A stretch of DNA of 56,560 bases, taken from contig CALSCP010000372.1 in assembly GCA_943704425.1 (NCBI GenBank), positions 1-56,560 on the forward strand, read 5' to 3'. Both the position numbers and the translations under genes were made by a program. Shown piece after piece: positions 1-15,921 of this stretch (positions within the stretch are counted from its first letter, which is position 1; each line of letters starts with the position of its first letter). This DNA is from Ministeria vibrans ATCC 50519 (lineage: Eukaryota; Protista; Filasterea). The notes under the pieces are model-generated. The model saw only the letters and a list, made by a program, of their open reading frames with translations. It was not told the origin of the DNA and ran no database searches.

Positions 1-56
1 GGATTGAGTGTATATCTCAAGCATAACCTTCCTAATGACACACCATGCCTTTTTAC

Positions 57-1587
<1,531 letters not shown>

Positions 1588-1844
1588 GAGAAAGTCAAAT
1601 AAAAGTGCAATAATTTGCATTCAGCATTGGATCAATCAATTCGCGATTGATTTTCAAAAAGTTGGCCCTCTCGATTAATGTTGGGCCAAGCGAAAAAAAA
1701 CATTCATATAATAATAATAATAATACCCAACATAAGTCGACTGATACTTGATAGGGTGACGAGTTGACGAATGACAAATGACAAGTGACAGCAGACACAC
1801 GAGCTTGATGAATCATTATTATTCGATTTGTACTATTATACTGT

Positions 1845-2925
1845 TCACTTGATAAATTTTGACATGAATTTGCGATGAAAATCGGAGCGCAGCGTGTCGT
1901 TGATAAAGCGCTTCTCGTGAGACTCTGCAACGCCACGCGTGCAGTTCTTGAAGACCACGTCGTCATCCCAGCGCCGTTTCGCTCCAAACGACGACGATGC
2001 GCCTGCTGCAGCTGCGGCTGAGGCGTCGTCCTGGTTCAGCAGTGGGTTGCCTTGTAGCAGTGATTCTTGGCGCACGCGCTGTGTTTCCGCTGCTGCTTCA
2101 GCCAGTTTTTCTGCCTTTTCGCGCGCGCGCTCAGCCTTGATCTTCTCCAGTTCACGCATGAGCGCCTCGTGGTCATCTTCGTCGTCGTCACTGTCACTCT
2201 CACTGTCACTTTCCTCTCCACCCGTTGCTCGCACTGGCCCATTCGCGCCCGCTCCACCGCGACGCCCATCCACTCCATTGTCCTCCTCCTCCCCCTCCTC
2301 CCCTTCCTCCTCCACCTCCTCATCGTCGTCGTCGTCGTCATCTGCATCCAATGCTGCTGTTGCCTCGTCCACCAGTCGTAGCCGCTTGTTGTCATGGCTG
2401 TCGTCTCTGTGGTCTACTAATGCGTTTTGCTTCGAGGCGTTCCTCAAATGCTCCAAAATGTCCTCTACAGCAAAACAACACACACACAACAGGTCAGACA
2501 AGTCCGACTCCATGGCAAACGCACCGTCGTCTTCGCCACGGTCTCTCTTCTCCCGCACAATCCTCTCGCGCTGCTCAAGCTCCTTGCGAAAGTCACGCAC
2601 AGCCAGCTCGTCGCTTGTGCCCTGGCCCGGACGGCGTTCCTGCCAGCGAGTCAAAGAGAAGAGGAAACGAGAAAAAAAAAAAAAAAAAAAAAAAAAAAAG
2701 ACGACGTTTCAGTGGTTGCTGAGACGCGTCTGGGGATGTGGGTGGGAGGGAGTGCAGGGAATGGCAACGGGCGCATTGGCAAGGGCAGCAGCAGTCGGCA
2801 AAGGGCACCTTGAGCGTCAAGTGATGAGGCATGTCTTTGACACTGAACTGTTTGGACGCCGCGCTGTTTCGCGTCGTCTTGCCACCCTGCGCAGGTGTCC
2901 ATGTTGGACGATGTGCTGTCGTCAT
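1845..2925 (-). CDS. CWC15: Spliceosome-associated protein CWC15; spliced
   Basis: N-terminus [15 protein letters not shown]...[16 protein letters not shown], acidic middle, C-terminus [13 protein letters not shown]...[20 protein letters not shown] are the Cwf15/Cwc15 signatures. Confidence 0.95.
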
Positions 2926-3111
2926 TCTAAAGCAAAGAAGTTTGTTTTATAATAGTTTATCATTATATCATATTAATAATTATTTATGATTTATCTGTTG
3001 CTTATAATACTCTCTCTCATTTGACATTTCTCATTTCTCAAAGTTTTTGACTTTTTGTAATTTGCTTAGTGTCACTATCGTCGCTTGCGACCGCCTTTGC
3101 TCAATATCAAG

Positions 3112-5220
<2,109 letters not shown>

Positions 5221-5291
5221 TCTGACTCACTGCCTCGTGTGCCCCTTTTTCTTTAAAATTATTATTTTATTTTTGACGTTTTATTTACTCT

Positions 5292-6533
5292 TTAAGCTTT
5301 GTACATTGGGGGTGATGAGAGCAGTGCGATTGTGTCTGTGTGTTTGTTCTGTGTGGCGAGTCGAAGTGCCTCGCGTCGGTCGTTTGCTGTCAAACTCGGG
5401 TCACTGATAAGCAAACGCACTATTTGAGAGTGACCCAGACGGGCGGCATCGAAGAAGGGCGCGTGGTTGTTGAGTGAGAGGTCTACGCGACCGTCGGCCA
5501 AAAGGAGACGCACGATAGACGGGTGGTTTTGTAGGGAGGCGCGTGAGAGGGCGGTCGTAAGCACACCCGATTGGACAGTGTCGCGTCGGTCGCAGAGTAG
5601 TGCGCGCGCCGTGTCAACGTGACCCTGGTTGCACGCCACCAAAAAGTCGCGCGTGTTTCCGCTGTTGGCATTGACACGCTTGTCGGACAAGAGGAGACGT
5701 ACCACTTCAGCGTGGCCATTTTGTGCGGCCATTCGGATGGGCTCGTCGCCACACGCGACAGGATTCACCCGCACGTCCGAGATGAGAAGCGCCACGGCCT
5801 TGGCGTGGCCATTAATAGCGGCCACGCGTAGCGCTGTGTTGCTGTCCACCGCCGGGTCGCATCGGCTGTCGTGCAGCAGCATGCGAAGAGTGTCAATGTG
5901 TCCACGCTCAGCCGCAAGCACGAGCGGCCAGCTGCCTTTGAGCGCCTGGCCCGACCGCGGATGGGCCAGCAACAGACGGACAATCTCCGTAGCACCCTCG
6001 GCGGCGGCCATCATCATGCTCTTGTGAATGGCTTCGACCGTGCTGGCGAGGGGATAGCGCAAGAGAACGCGAACGACGTCAACTTTTCCAAGCATTCCCG
6101 CGACCGCCAGAAGCGACGGCGTCGCCGTGGTCGGCAACGAGAGTGCCTCTGTGTAGCAAGGATACAGGGGTGCAGCGGTGTCAATGGAAGCGGACTCCAT
6201 GAGCGCCACAACGGACCGAAGTCGGCCCATAATGACTGCATTCTGGAGGATGAGTGTGAGCGAACGCAGCGAAACACAGCCGGCGAACAAGTCCTCGTGC
6301 TGCTCGAGTCTCCTGTCCCACGAGTCTGATGAGAGGAGGAACGCCTCGAGGATCTGGCACATCTTGTAGGAGGCGCCCTTCTCGGGCGTGGCGTTGAGAT
6401 GGTTTCGAAAGGAGTAGACGCCGTGCAATGCGGTTATTACAAACAGATCGGTGCACGTCCAGCGAAGCGCCACCGCGGTCTCCGGGTCGCACCGAGCAAC
6501 GATCATCTCCATCACCTCATAGGGGACGCGCAT
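5292..6533 (-). CDS. F-box-like plus ankyrin-repeat protein, single exon (413 aa)
   Basis: N-terminal VPYEVMEMIVARCDPETAVALRWTC (F-box-like); repeated AAxxGHxxVVRLLLxDxRVDP ankyrin units. Confidence 0.85.
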   Translation of the reverse strand: MRVPYEVMEMIVARCDPETAVALRWTCTDLFVITALHGVYSFRNHLNATPEKGASYKMCQILEAFLLSSDSWDRRLEQHEDLFAGCVSLRSLTLILQNAVIMGRLRSVVALMESASIDTAAPLYPCYTEALSLPTTATPSLLAVAGMLGKVDVVRVLLRYPLASTVEAIHKSMMMAAAEGATEIVRLLLAHPRSGQALKGSWPLVLAAERGHIDTLRMLLHDSRCDPAVDSNTALRVAAINGHAKAVALLISDVRVNPVACGDEPIRMAAQNGHAEVVRLLLSDKRVNANSGNTRDFLVACNQGHVDTARALLCDRRDTVQSGVLTTALSRASLQNHPSIVRLLLADGRVDLSLNNHAPFFDAARLGHSQIVRLLISDPSLTANDRREALRLATQNKHTDTIALLSSPPMYKA

Positions 6534-6928
6534 CTTGATAAAGTATTAAAAGTGTGTGTGTGTGTGTGTGTGCGTGTGTGAAAGTAATGATCAGTAATTA
6601 TTATGTCTAATTGATGAGTCATGACTCATGAGAAGAACACATCAACACAATACACAACAAGTTGGCAGATCTCGTTGCCTCTCGATTCTCTATTATTTTA
6701 TTATTTTCTAAATAAGTTAATCTTAATTTCAGTTGCTGATAAAATTGATAGTGTTCTGATTTAAGGGTGAGATCACGATTATACCTGATTTGTCATAATA
6801 GTATGAATAATTTAAGAGTACAATTTATAATAATGTTACAATCGCTCCAGGAAAACGCACTCGGCAATCTCCTCCACCGTCGCAAAACAAAACAGAGCCA
6901 GACTACCCAGTAATAGGTTTTGAGATGG

Positions 6929-7991
6929 CTAATTGATTGGTATTAATGGTGCTTCCTCGTCGACGCCATGATCACCGTGAAGATGGTGATCCTCGTAGTG
7001 GGGCGGGGGGGGCTCGGAGGATGCAAGTGCCTCGTTGTAGGTTGGGAGTGCGTCGGAAGAAGAGAGAAGCAGGTGAGGAGGAACTTCGACACGATTGCCC
7101 GAGGCAGTGCGCACGGCAGTCGCCATGGAACAACGCGACGCACTGCAAATGCTGATGGCGCTCGAAGTGTAGTTTGCAAGCGTGTCGAGCAGCTGGGTGC
7201 CCGCATCGACAAAGGCGCTCTTCGTGACGAGTGGACACATGTACACGTCGAGTGATACAAGCGGAGCACCCGAATTGTGAGCCAACTCGTGCACACTTAC
7301 GTCGGTCAGGCGACTGCAACCGCGCGCGTCCAGGCGATGCAGCTTGGGTAGCGGGCGAGTGCAGAGGGCGCGGATGCCGACGTCGCTAATGTCCGTGTAG
7401 GACATGCCCAAGTCCTCGAGCGACGTGCAACACGGCGCGTGAGCAATGTCTTGCAACAGACTATCGCTGATGCGACAACGTGTAAGATGGAGCAAGCGAA
7501 GGTGCTCGAGCTGCACGAGTGGCGCGACGCCCCTGTCGCCAATGTTGACACAGTAATCCAGCGAGACGGTCTCCAACAGAGGACACTGCTGCGCGAGTTT
7601 GCTCAACGCTTTGTCGCCCACCAGGTACGCTCGATCAATCGACACGTGGCGCAGCGAGGGGCAGTGCGTGGCAAAGGCCAGCAGTGCCTTGCTGTTCAAC
7701 TTGGTGCAGTTGCGCAGATCCAGACGGACAAGAGACCTGCCCACACCCGCCGCAACGGCTGCAAGCATCTTTGCACTGAGCTCTGAACAGGACTGCAGGC
7801 GTACCTCGCTTACGTTGCCAGGAAGCGCAGTTAAGGCGCCTAAACGAAACGAAGACCAAGTCAGACAAGTTCACACGTCAAAAAGAAATACGTTTCAGGT
7901 CAGCGTCGGTAGTTCGCTCGTTCACCGCATACAGACACCAACTATCCCGTGGACTAAATCGGCCGGCTCTTTCAACGCACACTTGAGGCAT
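6929..7991 (-). CDS. Cysteine-containing LRR protein (AMN1/FBXL-type repeats) with C-terminal PY motifs; 2 exons
   Basis: Exon 1 MPQVCVER...DADLK spliced to ALTALPGNVSEVRLQSC; repeats LxxLDLxxCxxLxDxxL; tail LPTYNEAL and PPPPHY. Confidence 0.8.
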
Positions 7992-8100
7992 TTTTCAAAA
8001 ATAAAAAAGTGAAGACCTAACTATTCATAGTCAAGATCAACATTTCACCAACGTCCCCATCCGCCATCGACACGCTTTTTTGCTCTGAAATTGTGGCCGA

Positions 8101-9147
8101 ATGGCGGCCAAATTACGGCTACTGTTCTTTGGAACAGACCGGTTTGCCTCGACGATCTTGACGGACTTGGTGCGACGGTGTCGGGCAGTCGAGAGGGTCA
8201 CGGTCGCATGTCCAACCGATCATCGCGGCGTTCCCTGCGAAGTGGCCCGGTTTGCACGCGCCGAAGGGCTCGAAGAGATTCCTGTGAGCGGACGCAAAGG
8301 ATTGCAGCAGCTGGGGGCGCGCCAGACGTTTCCCTGGGACCTGGTGGTCGCCGCGAGTTTTGGCCATCTGATTCCGGAGCGCATCATTGAGCGCAGTCGC
8401 GAAGGGGCCCTCAACGTCCATCCGTCGCGCTTGCCACGGTGGCGTGGGGCAGCTCCCATTGCTCGTGCAATGCTTGCGGGCGTCGACGAGACCTGGATCA
8501 GCATTTGCGAGTTGTCACCGCGCAGATTTGATCATGGACGGATTCTCCTGGAACGACGAGTTGAGCTGCCCTCGCGCACCATGCACCACGAGGTGACAAG
8601 AAGACTTGCGGTCGAAGGAGGCGACTGCATCGTGACCGTCGTCAACGATTTGCATCGCTACCAGGCGAACAGCTGGGCACAGAGCGACGTGGACGTGGTC
8701 CACGCTCCAAAGCTGACGACGGCCGACGCACAAGTGCTATGGGAGACGGAGACACGCGAATCGGTCGCTCGACGCTTCTGTGCCGTCTCCGACTACTATC
8801 CTCTCTGGACCATGCCTGCGTGGCCAGGCGCCCCAAGTGAGCCTCTGCTCCTCTACGACCTTGACTTGTCCCTGCCCACTCCACTCTTCTTCCGCTCCCA
8901 CAGCAACCCCACCGCCTCTCCGCCACCCCACCGCCCCGGTACCATTGCCGCGTGTCGTACCAGTGAAAGTTCAACTGGCAGCGATGCTCATCACGGCCTT
9001 GCAATCGCCTGTGCCGACGGCTGGACCGTTTGGCGCGCCGCTCGTGTCCGCAGTCGCGCCCGTCTCCCCGCAAAACAATTTGCCATGGGCTACCTCAAAA
9101 TGTCCCATGTTGCCCGTGTATATTCTGTGCCCTCTGTACCATCATGA
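8101..9147 (+). CDS. MTFMT: Methionyl-tRNA formyltransferase (probably mitochondrial), single exon
   Basis: LLFFGTDRFA, DLVVAASFGHLIP, ALNVHPSRLPRWRGAAPI, FDHGRIL, HAPKL motifs of Fmt. Confidence 0.92.
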   Translation: MAAKLRLLFFGTDRFASTILTDLVRRCRAVERVTVACPTDHRGVPCEVARFARAEGLEEIPVSGRKGLQQLGARQTFPWDLVVAASFGHLIPERIIERSREGALNVHPSRLPRWRGAAPIARAMLAGVDETWISICELSPRRFDHGRILLERRVELPSRTMHHEVTRRLAVEGGDCIVTVVNDLHRYQANSWAQSDVDVVHAPKLTTADAQVLWETETRESVARRFCAVSDYYPLWTMPAWPGAPSEPLLLYDLDLSLPTPLFFRSHSNPTASPPPHRPGTIAACRTSESSTGSDAHHGLAIACADGWTVWRAARVRSRARLPAKQFAMGYLKMSHVARVYSVPSVPS

Positions 9148-9428
9148 GAGGCGTAAGCCAGTAAGAGAAATGCACAATGTACTCTGAATGTAATCTCGTT
9201 GAAAGAAACCATAATCAAGTAAAGAAAAGAGAGAACCCCAATTGTATTGGAAATGGAGACAAGAGCTGTAGTGGCTGGCGCTCAGTAGTCTGTCCCTTGA
9301 GTCCCTTCACCCTTGCTGAATACTGATTGTAAAAAAAAAAAAATGGCCGCAGACTCTCTATATCATCTGAGTAATAATTATTGTCTTTGCAATGTTGTGA
9401 TTTCACTTACTTGACAGTTTTTCTATTC

Positions 9429-12400
9429 ATGTCGGAACGACAAACCCCGCCACAACCGCAACATCCGGCGAGAGCGTCTCCCACGCGGCCTACAGCGCCC
9501 TCGGCGTCTCCGACAGCGCCCACCCCCGCCCCGGCGTCGGGCACAGCACCGCGGATATTGTTCCATCGCGGTGGCGTTCCCGTCGTGTTCCGCCAGTCGC
9601 CCTCTAGCGCCCCGCCCGGTCCCCACAGCGCCGCCTGTCCCCTCCACGTCCACCACGGCCACCCTCCCCACGGCCATTCGCACGCCCACCACCCCCACAG
9701 GCCCGCACAGCCACACATGCCGCCCACATCGCGACCGCAGCCACCGCGCTCCGCCTCCGCCTCCTCCCTGCCCCCACCCGCTCCAAAACAACGCAGCGCC
9801 ACAAGTATGATCCCCTCCTCTCCTTCCCACTCTACCCCGCTCCTTTCCTCTGGCCACCCGCTTAAGAGCATCTCACCGATTTTCCTTTTTTTTTTCTCTT
9901 CTCTCTCTCTCTTGACCTTCTTAGTCCTCAAAATGAGCCCTATTCTGCTTGTGGACCACGGCAACGACGGTGCTACCATCAGTTGGGAACACCCCGATCC
10001 CCAAAACAACGGCCAGTGGGAGTTTAGCGTTGAGGTGCGATCGCATTTTGCCACCGAACGAAAACTGCCGGAGTTTGTGGCACTCACCAGCGACGCCTGC
10101 ACCATGTCCTTTGGTCCTATGAAAGAGACGGAGACCTCGACAGTGATATCACCATCATCACCAGCATCGCCATCGTCGTTGTCTTCATCGACGGTTGCCA
10201 GCAGCGCTCCCAATGGCACCACAGTCAGAAAGGAACGGTTGCTGTGCACCGCCAAATTGTGCTTCCACATTCGACCCGGCCGTGAGCATCACATTCGCGT
10301 TCGCGCTCTTCTTGCAAAGTCGTCCAACAAAAGTACTGGTGATGCTGTCGGACAAGCAAGCAATGGTATCATTGACACGCGTACATTTTAATTCTGTGTC
10401 GGACTCGGATTGATTTTATGTGTGTGTCTGCGTTATTTTTTTTTTTCATTTCTTTTTTGCAGTTGTCATGTTCACAAGCAAACCCGCTGCTCCCGATGCA
10501 CCTCTCTCAATGGAACTGACGAGTCGAACCAAGAACACACTCACGCTCAAGTGGCCGCCCGTCGATCACAACGGCGACGCACTCAGCGCATACGAATTGT
10601 GGGGTTGCGACGTGAGCGACTGCGACAACAAAAACGACGCTGTTGTTGCTGATGAGGACCGCTACCCACTTGACAAATTTGTGTTGATCTGGACGGGTCT
10701 TGCGACGTCACAAAAGGTCAAAGAGATTGGCCTGAGCAGTGGTGGTGGAGAGGGGAAGGAGGGTGAGGAAGGCGGCGTTCGGTTGCGACCGTGTGGCACT
10801 TATGCGTTCCGATTGCGTGCCTCAAACTCGCTTGGTTGGGGCCCATTTGGTGTTGTAAGTGCGTTTACGACGTTTGCTGCGGCTCCCGATGCGCCTCTTG
10901 CGCCGCGCATTACCGCATGTGATGCGCACAGTATTGTCTTTGAATGGGACCCTGCGTGGGACAATGGGGCGCGCATCACTCTCTACGAGGTGCAAATGAA
11001 ACGCCATCATATCGACGAGCTCAGCGGAAGCGACAAGAAGGCGAAGAAAAAGTCGTCGGGGTCGGCGTCGTTGTCGTCGGTGTCTTTGTCGGGCGCGCAC
11101 ATGAGCTATGAGTCATGGGAGATTGTCTATGTGGGGTCGGATCTGCATGGACGCGTGGACCGTCTGCCGCGTTGCACGTCGTACCAGCTGCGCGTGCGCG
11201 CAACCAATCAGCGTGGTGTGGGACCGTGGTGTCAACCGGTTTCTTTGGCAAGCACGACGCGCGAGGCGCCGGGCGAGCCCCGTCGCTTGGGTCTAGTGGG
11301 GGACGCGCGTGTGGGTGAGATTGATGTGGGCTGGGAGGCGCCTCGCGATTTGGGTGGCTTTGAAGAGGAAGAGGACAGCAAGGGGAGCGGAGACCAGGGC
11401 GGGCACAAGCCCACGCTGTGGTATGTGTTGCAGTCGGACGATGCAGCGGGCGGTGAGTTTGTCAATGTGTACACAGGCTCCAACACGCAGTGTGCCGTCG
11501 AGCGGCTCACGCCTGGCCGTACCTACCGCTTTCGCGTTGCGTGTGCGCTGTCGCCCACGGCTCAGCTGGGTAAATGGTCTGCAATTGCCGAGTGTGCATC
11601 GCTTGCGACTGCTCCGCTGGCACCCTCGGGTGTCGCACTGGTCGAAATCTCAGCGTCCTCCATGAAGATCGTCTGGGATGCGCCCGTCTTGGACCCACTG
11701 GCGCCCGTGACGAGCTACCATGTTGTGTTTATGGATCGAGTGAGTGAAGAGACGCTCTTCGAGGACACGATTCCCGCCAGCAAGGCACTGGTGTCCTTTG
11801 AAGTGAACGAGCTGTGTGCCGCACACACGTACGGCGCCATGATGGCCGCGTGCAACAGCACCGGCGAGGGGCCCATGTCGCCGCTAGTGGAGGCGCGTAC
11901 GAGCCCCGCGGCACCCGAGGAGCCTCACGAGCTGGCACTGGTGTCGGCGGCGACTGCCTCGTCCGCTGTGCTTACCTGGAGTGTTCCGTACGACAATGGC
12001 TCGCCTGTGTCCGACTACCGCTGTGTTGTGACTCCCCACGAGAAATCGTTTACCGTCGAAATGGTGCACGAGCCTGTGCCCCAAGTGACCCTCTCGGGTC
12101 TTGCACCGGCCACCGAGTACAGTGTGTGTGTGCACGCAATCAACAACTATGGCACATCGGTGGCCTCCGAGCCACTAGTGTTTCGCAGCGACGTGTCTGC
12201 GCCCGGAGCCATTGATCACCTTCGGGTTGTGTCGCGCGACGAGACCTCGCTCGAGTTTGAGTGGAGTGCACCCGCTCACGACGGTGGCAGCCCCGTACGT
12301 CGCTATCTACTGCACGTGTCGCCTGCTCCTGCTGACGGTGCCACCGAACTGGCTGTTTTCGAGGCGCGGGCGCAACTGGACGGACTCATTGCGGCAACGT

Positions 12401-13533
12401 CCTACACGGTGCGTGTCGAGGCGGAGAACGAGCGAGGACTCGGGCCTCGCTCGGGACGTGTGGTGGCACGCACACTGGCACCACGACCCGCGCGCGCACA
12501 GGTTGAGGTACAACGCGTCACGCACAGTTCAGCGCGCCTGTCGTGGTCTATGGAAGCGAATGGCACTGGTGGTGGCGAGGCACTGAGCTACGAGGTGTTT
12601 GTGGCAAAGAGCGGCGAGCGACGACCACGCAGTGTCTATGACGGAGTGGAGCGACAGTGTACGGTGGGTGAGCTGCAGCCGCGCACTGTGTATGGGCTCT
12701 GTATTGTTGCGATTGGTGAGCGTGGGCGTGGTGAGCCGTCTGTTGCTGAGTTTGTGACGGCGCCTGTACCACTGCCGGCTGTGGCACAGGCGCCGACCTA
12801 TGTGCGCAAGGCGCGAGTGGTGCGGTGGCGACTCAGTAAGAAGGACGCGAGTGTACATATGCAGTACTGTGTGACGCGCCAGCGACGACACGGCTGGACG
12901 CATGTGGTGCGAGATGTGACCACGGACGAGCCACTGACGCGCATGGATGTACATCGTGTGTGGGAAGTGGAGAGGGAACGTGAGGGTACGGCTGTGGTGC
13001 AAGAGTTGAGTGGGGAGGTGAGTGAGTGTGCGCTGGATGGCACAGACGAGGAGGTGGAAGGCACACGCTGGCGGGTGCGTGTGATTGAGGTGGCCACAAC
13101 ACGCAAGTGGATGGTGGTGGGAAGAGAAGATGGAACCGGTCGAGGGGAGAAGAAGGCTGAAGAGGAAGGGGAGGAGGAGGAAGAGCCGGAGGAGGAGGAA
13201 GCGGAGAGTTGCGAGAAGGGAGAATGGATTGTGGAGGGCCGAGCAGAGCGACGGGAAGGACCTTGGAGTGATGCGTGTGTGGTGACTGCGGCGGTGGCTG
13301 AACCAGCTGAAAAGGCTGTCGCTGCCGTCAAGATGGAGCGGCTCCCTGAGACGCATGAAGAGGTTGCGCCCGCTCCCGTCATGACGCCAGTCCCTGCTTC
13401 CCAAAGACCATTGAAACAGAGCGCGTCTCCTGTCGACAGCGAAAAAGAAGCCGATGGAAATGGACTTGTGGTGGCACTCGTTGCGCTCGCGGTGTTTGTC
13501 GCTCTTGTCGCAGCGTTTGTACAACTTTTATGA
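9429..13533 (+). CDS. FNDC3-like protein: Pro/His-rich N-terminus, tandem fibronectin type III domains, C-terminal transmembrane anchor
   Basis: Repeated FN3 units (W.PP..NG..I..Y.....L.P...Y.FR.RA.N..G.GP), no signal peptide, hydrophobic C-terminus LVVALVALAVFVALVAAFVQLL; architecture matches animal FNDC3A/B. Confidence 0.8.
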
Positions 13534-13735
13534 ACAATAGTATAATTGAAATATTTCCAACGTTGACTCTTGAAGAACAGTGAGAATACACATTACACAG
13601 AGACTTCTTGACGAATAACGTGTGCGACTGCCTCCTGAGAGCATTAAAGTGACAGTATGTGTGTGTATGTGTGCTGTACAAGGCGGTTACAAGGACGGGC
13701 GGCCGTTGGTTCGCGGCACTCTAACGGCCGTTGGC

Positions 13736-14022
13736 TCACGGCTCAGCTGTGGCGGTCTCGCGACGGATCTCTCGCACCACAGCCGCCAGTGCCTCGGGAT
13801 TGACGCCCATTTCACACAGCGAGACGCACAACGACAGTGACTCCGAGTCCAGGCCGGTATTCAGCAACTGAGACATCTCAGTGAGGACTGAACGCGCGAG
13901 AGAGAGTTTTCTGTTTCAGTTTCAAAAAAAGCGCGCGCAGACGTTATTCGTTTACTCTCCATGGCCTCCTTCGCTTCCGTGACGCGTTTTGCCGCTTCAG
14001 AGTCGTTCTTCTTGCTAGACAT
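13736..14022 (-). CDS. MZT1: Mitotic spindle organizing protein 1 (MOZART1, gamma-TuRC subunit); 2 exons, not visible in the ORF track
   Basis: Spliced [22 protein letters not shown]|[50 protein letters not shown]; LLNTGLD...GVNPEALA is the MOZART1 signature. Confidence 0.93.
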
Positions 14023-14171
14023 CACAAGCTCGAAAGAAAAAAAAAAGTTTTTCCTTTTGAGAGTTGTCTTTGATTTTTCATTTTTGAGTGAATAATGAGA
14101 ATAATGATGAATAAATCGTTTAATTTCATTAATTTTCATTTTTGTTTGTTTGTTGTCTCAATCTTTCGCCC

Positions 14172-14978
14172 ATGTCGAGAATCCTCATTGTTGTGACGTC
14201 CAACGACGCGCTTGGTAGCACGGACAAGAAGACTGGCGTGTGGCTGGAAGAGTTTACGACGCCGTACTACAAGATGGTGGAGTGCGGCGCACAGTGCACC
14301 GTTGCCTCTCCCAAGGGCGGCGCAACGCCCATCGACGCCGGCTCGCTGACGGACGACTCTCAGACGGAGAGCACGCGTCGGTATGCCAAGGATGACGCGG
14401 CGCAGGCGACGCTTGCTGCGACAGTGAAGCTCTCGTCGGTGTCGGTACGTCTGTCACCGCAACACACACAACTGTTCATCATCATAATAATGCACAACAG
14501 GTCGATGACTTTGACGGCCTCTTCTACCCTGGCGGACACGGTCCACTGTGGGACCTAGCGACCGACGCGACGTCGCTTTCGCTCATCAGTGCGTTTCTGG
14601 CGGCACACAAGCCGGTGGCGGCGGTGTGTCACGGCCCGGCGGTCCTCGTCAACGCGCTGCTCGACGGCAAGCCCGTTGTCGACGGAAAGAACGTCACGGG
14701 CTTCTCCAATGCTGAGGAGGATGTCGTTGGTCTCACTTCGGTACAACCGAGAGCTGTTGCTTTCTTTGACTATATTTAATACATCGTGTCTTTTTTTGTT
14801 CTAGGTGGTGCCCTTCCTTCTCGAAGACGCTCTCAAGGAGAAGGGCGGTCACTACAGCAAGAACGAAGAAGGCATTTTCAAGCCACACTGTGTCACGGAC
14901 GGCAATCTCGTCACCGGCCAGAATCCAGGCTCATCCGAACTCGTTGCCGATGCCCTTCTCTCACTCCTCAAAAAGTAA
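14172..14978 (+). CDS. DJ-1/PfpI (Hsp31-like, type 1 GATase-like) protein; 3 exons
   Basis: ILIVVTSND...TGVWLEEFTTPYY, ASPKGG, FYPGGHGPLWDL, AAVCHGP nucleophile elbow, VTGFSNAEE, LVTGQNPGS. Confidence 0.92.
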
Positions 14979-15078
14979 ACGCAGCTTGTTCTCGTGTCTC
15001 TCTTTGTGTCCAGAATCCATACTTATCCGAACTCTTTACCGATACCTCAAAAAAGCAGAAACGCAGTTTGTTTCTCTC

Positions 15079-15110
<32 letters not shown>

Positions 15111-15114
<4 letters not shown>

Positions 15115-15829
15115 AATTCATCTTTGGTCAGCTGGACGGGGCAATAACCAGGCTGAAGGGGAGCGACTGGAACGCCTCTCTGCTTCAAATGACACACAAA
15201 GGGCTCAAGACGCAATTGTGCCTCCGTAGGATCATTCCACTGTTTCCCGCTCCACAGTCGCTCGGCGACGGCACTCGAGCGAGGCCACACGACCGTCATA
15301 AGGTTATCCGCACTAATCTGCTCGCCCCATGCACACGCCTCGCCTCCAAGCACGCGCGCGATGGCACGCGCATCCGTGATATTAAAACAGGGCGCGCACA
15401 CACACTCACCCGACGTGTAGTTGCACGTTCCGTTGGTCAGAGGGTCTTGCACATACATCTCCTGCCACGACACTGTCTGGTCATTCAGATACCAGTGGTC
15501 ACTCTTGACTCCGTAGAATCCCATCTCAGCGACATTGGTCATATTCGCCCAGTTCCAGCTTGGCCAGAGCCACATTTGAAGAACCGTCGAGTGACTAAGG
15601 AACGCCGGAGGACCTGTCGGATTGCTCTTGCTCGTTCCGTAGTGGTCAAATACCTCTTGCCAGTGTATCGATTTCTAAACCCCCAGTATATCAGAAGAAG
15701 CAAAGTAGAAAGAGAAAGAGAAAAGGGTGGGAAGCACACAGACGGAGATAGAAACAGACAGAGAAGAGTGAGAGACAAGAGAGACGGGGACGGAGATAGA
15801 GAGAAAAAACTTGAAATGCTGAGTGATTG

Positions 15830-15921
<92 letters not shown>

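Noticed and set aside
1939-2952. 337 aa Ser-rich plus-strand ORF
   Set aside because: Antisense shadow of acidic CWC15.
12529-13524. 331 aa His/Leu-rich minus-strand ORF
   Set aside because: Antisense to the FN3 protein; no independent features.
14994-15830. 278 aa plus-strand ORF
   Set aside because: Antisense to hexosaminidase and includes a TG repeat.
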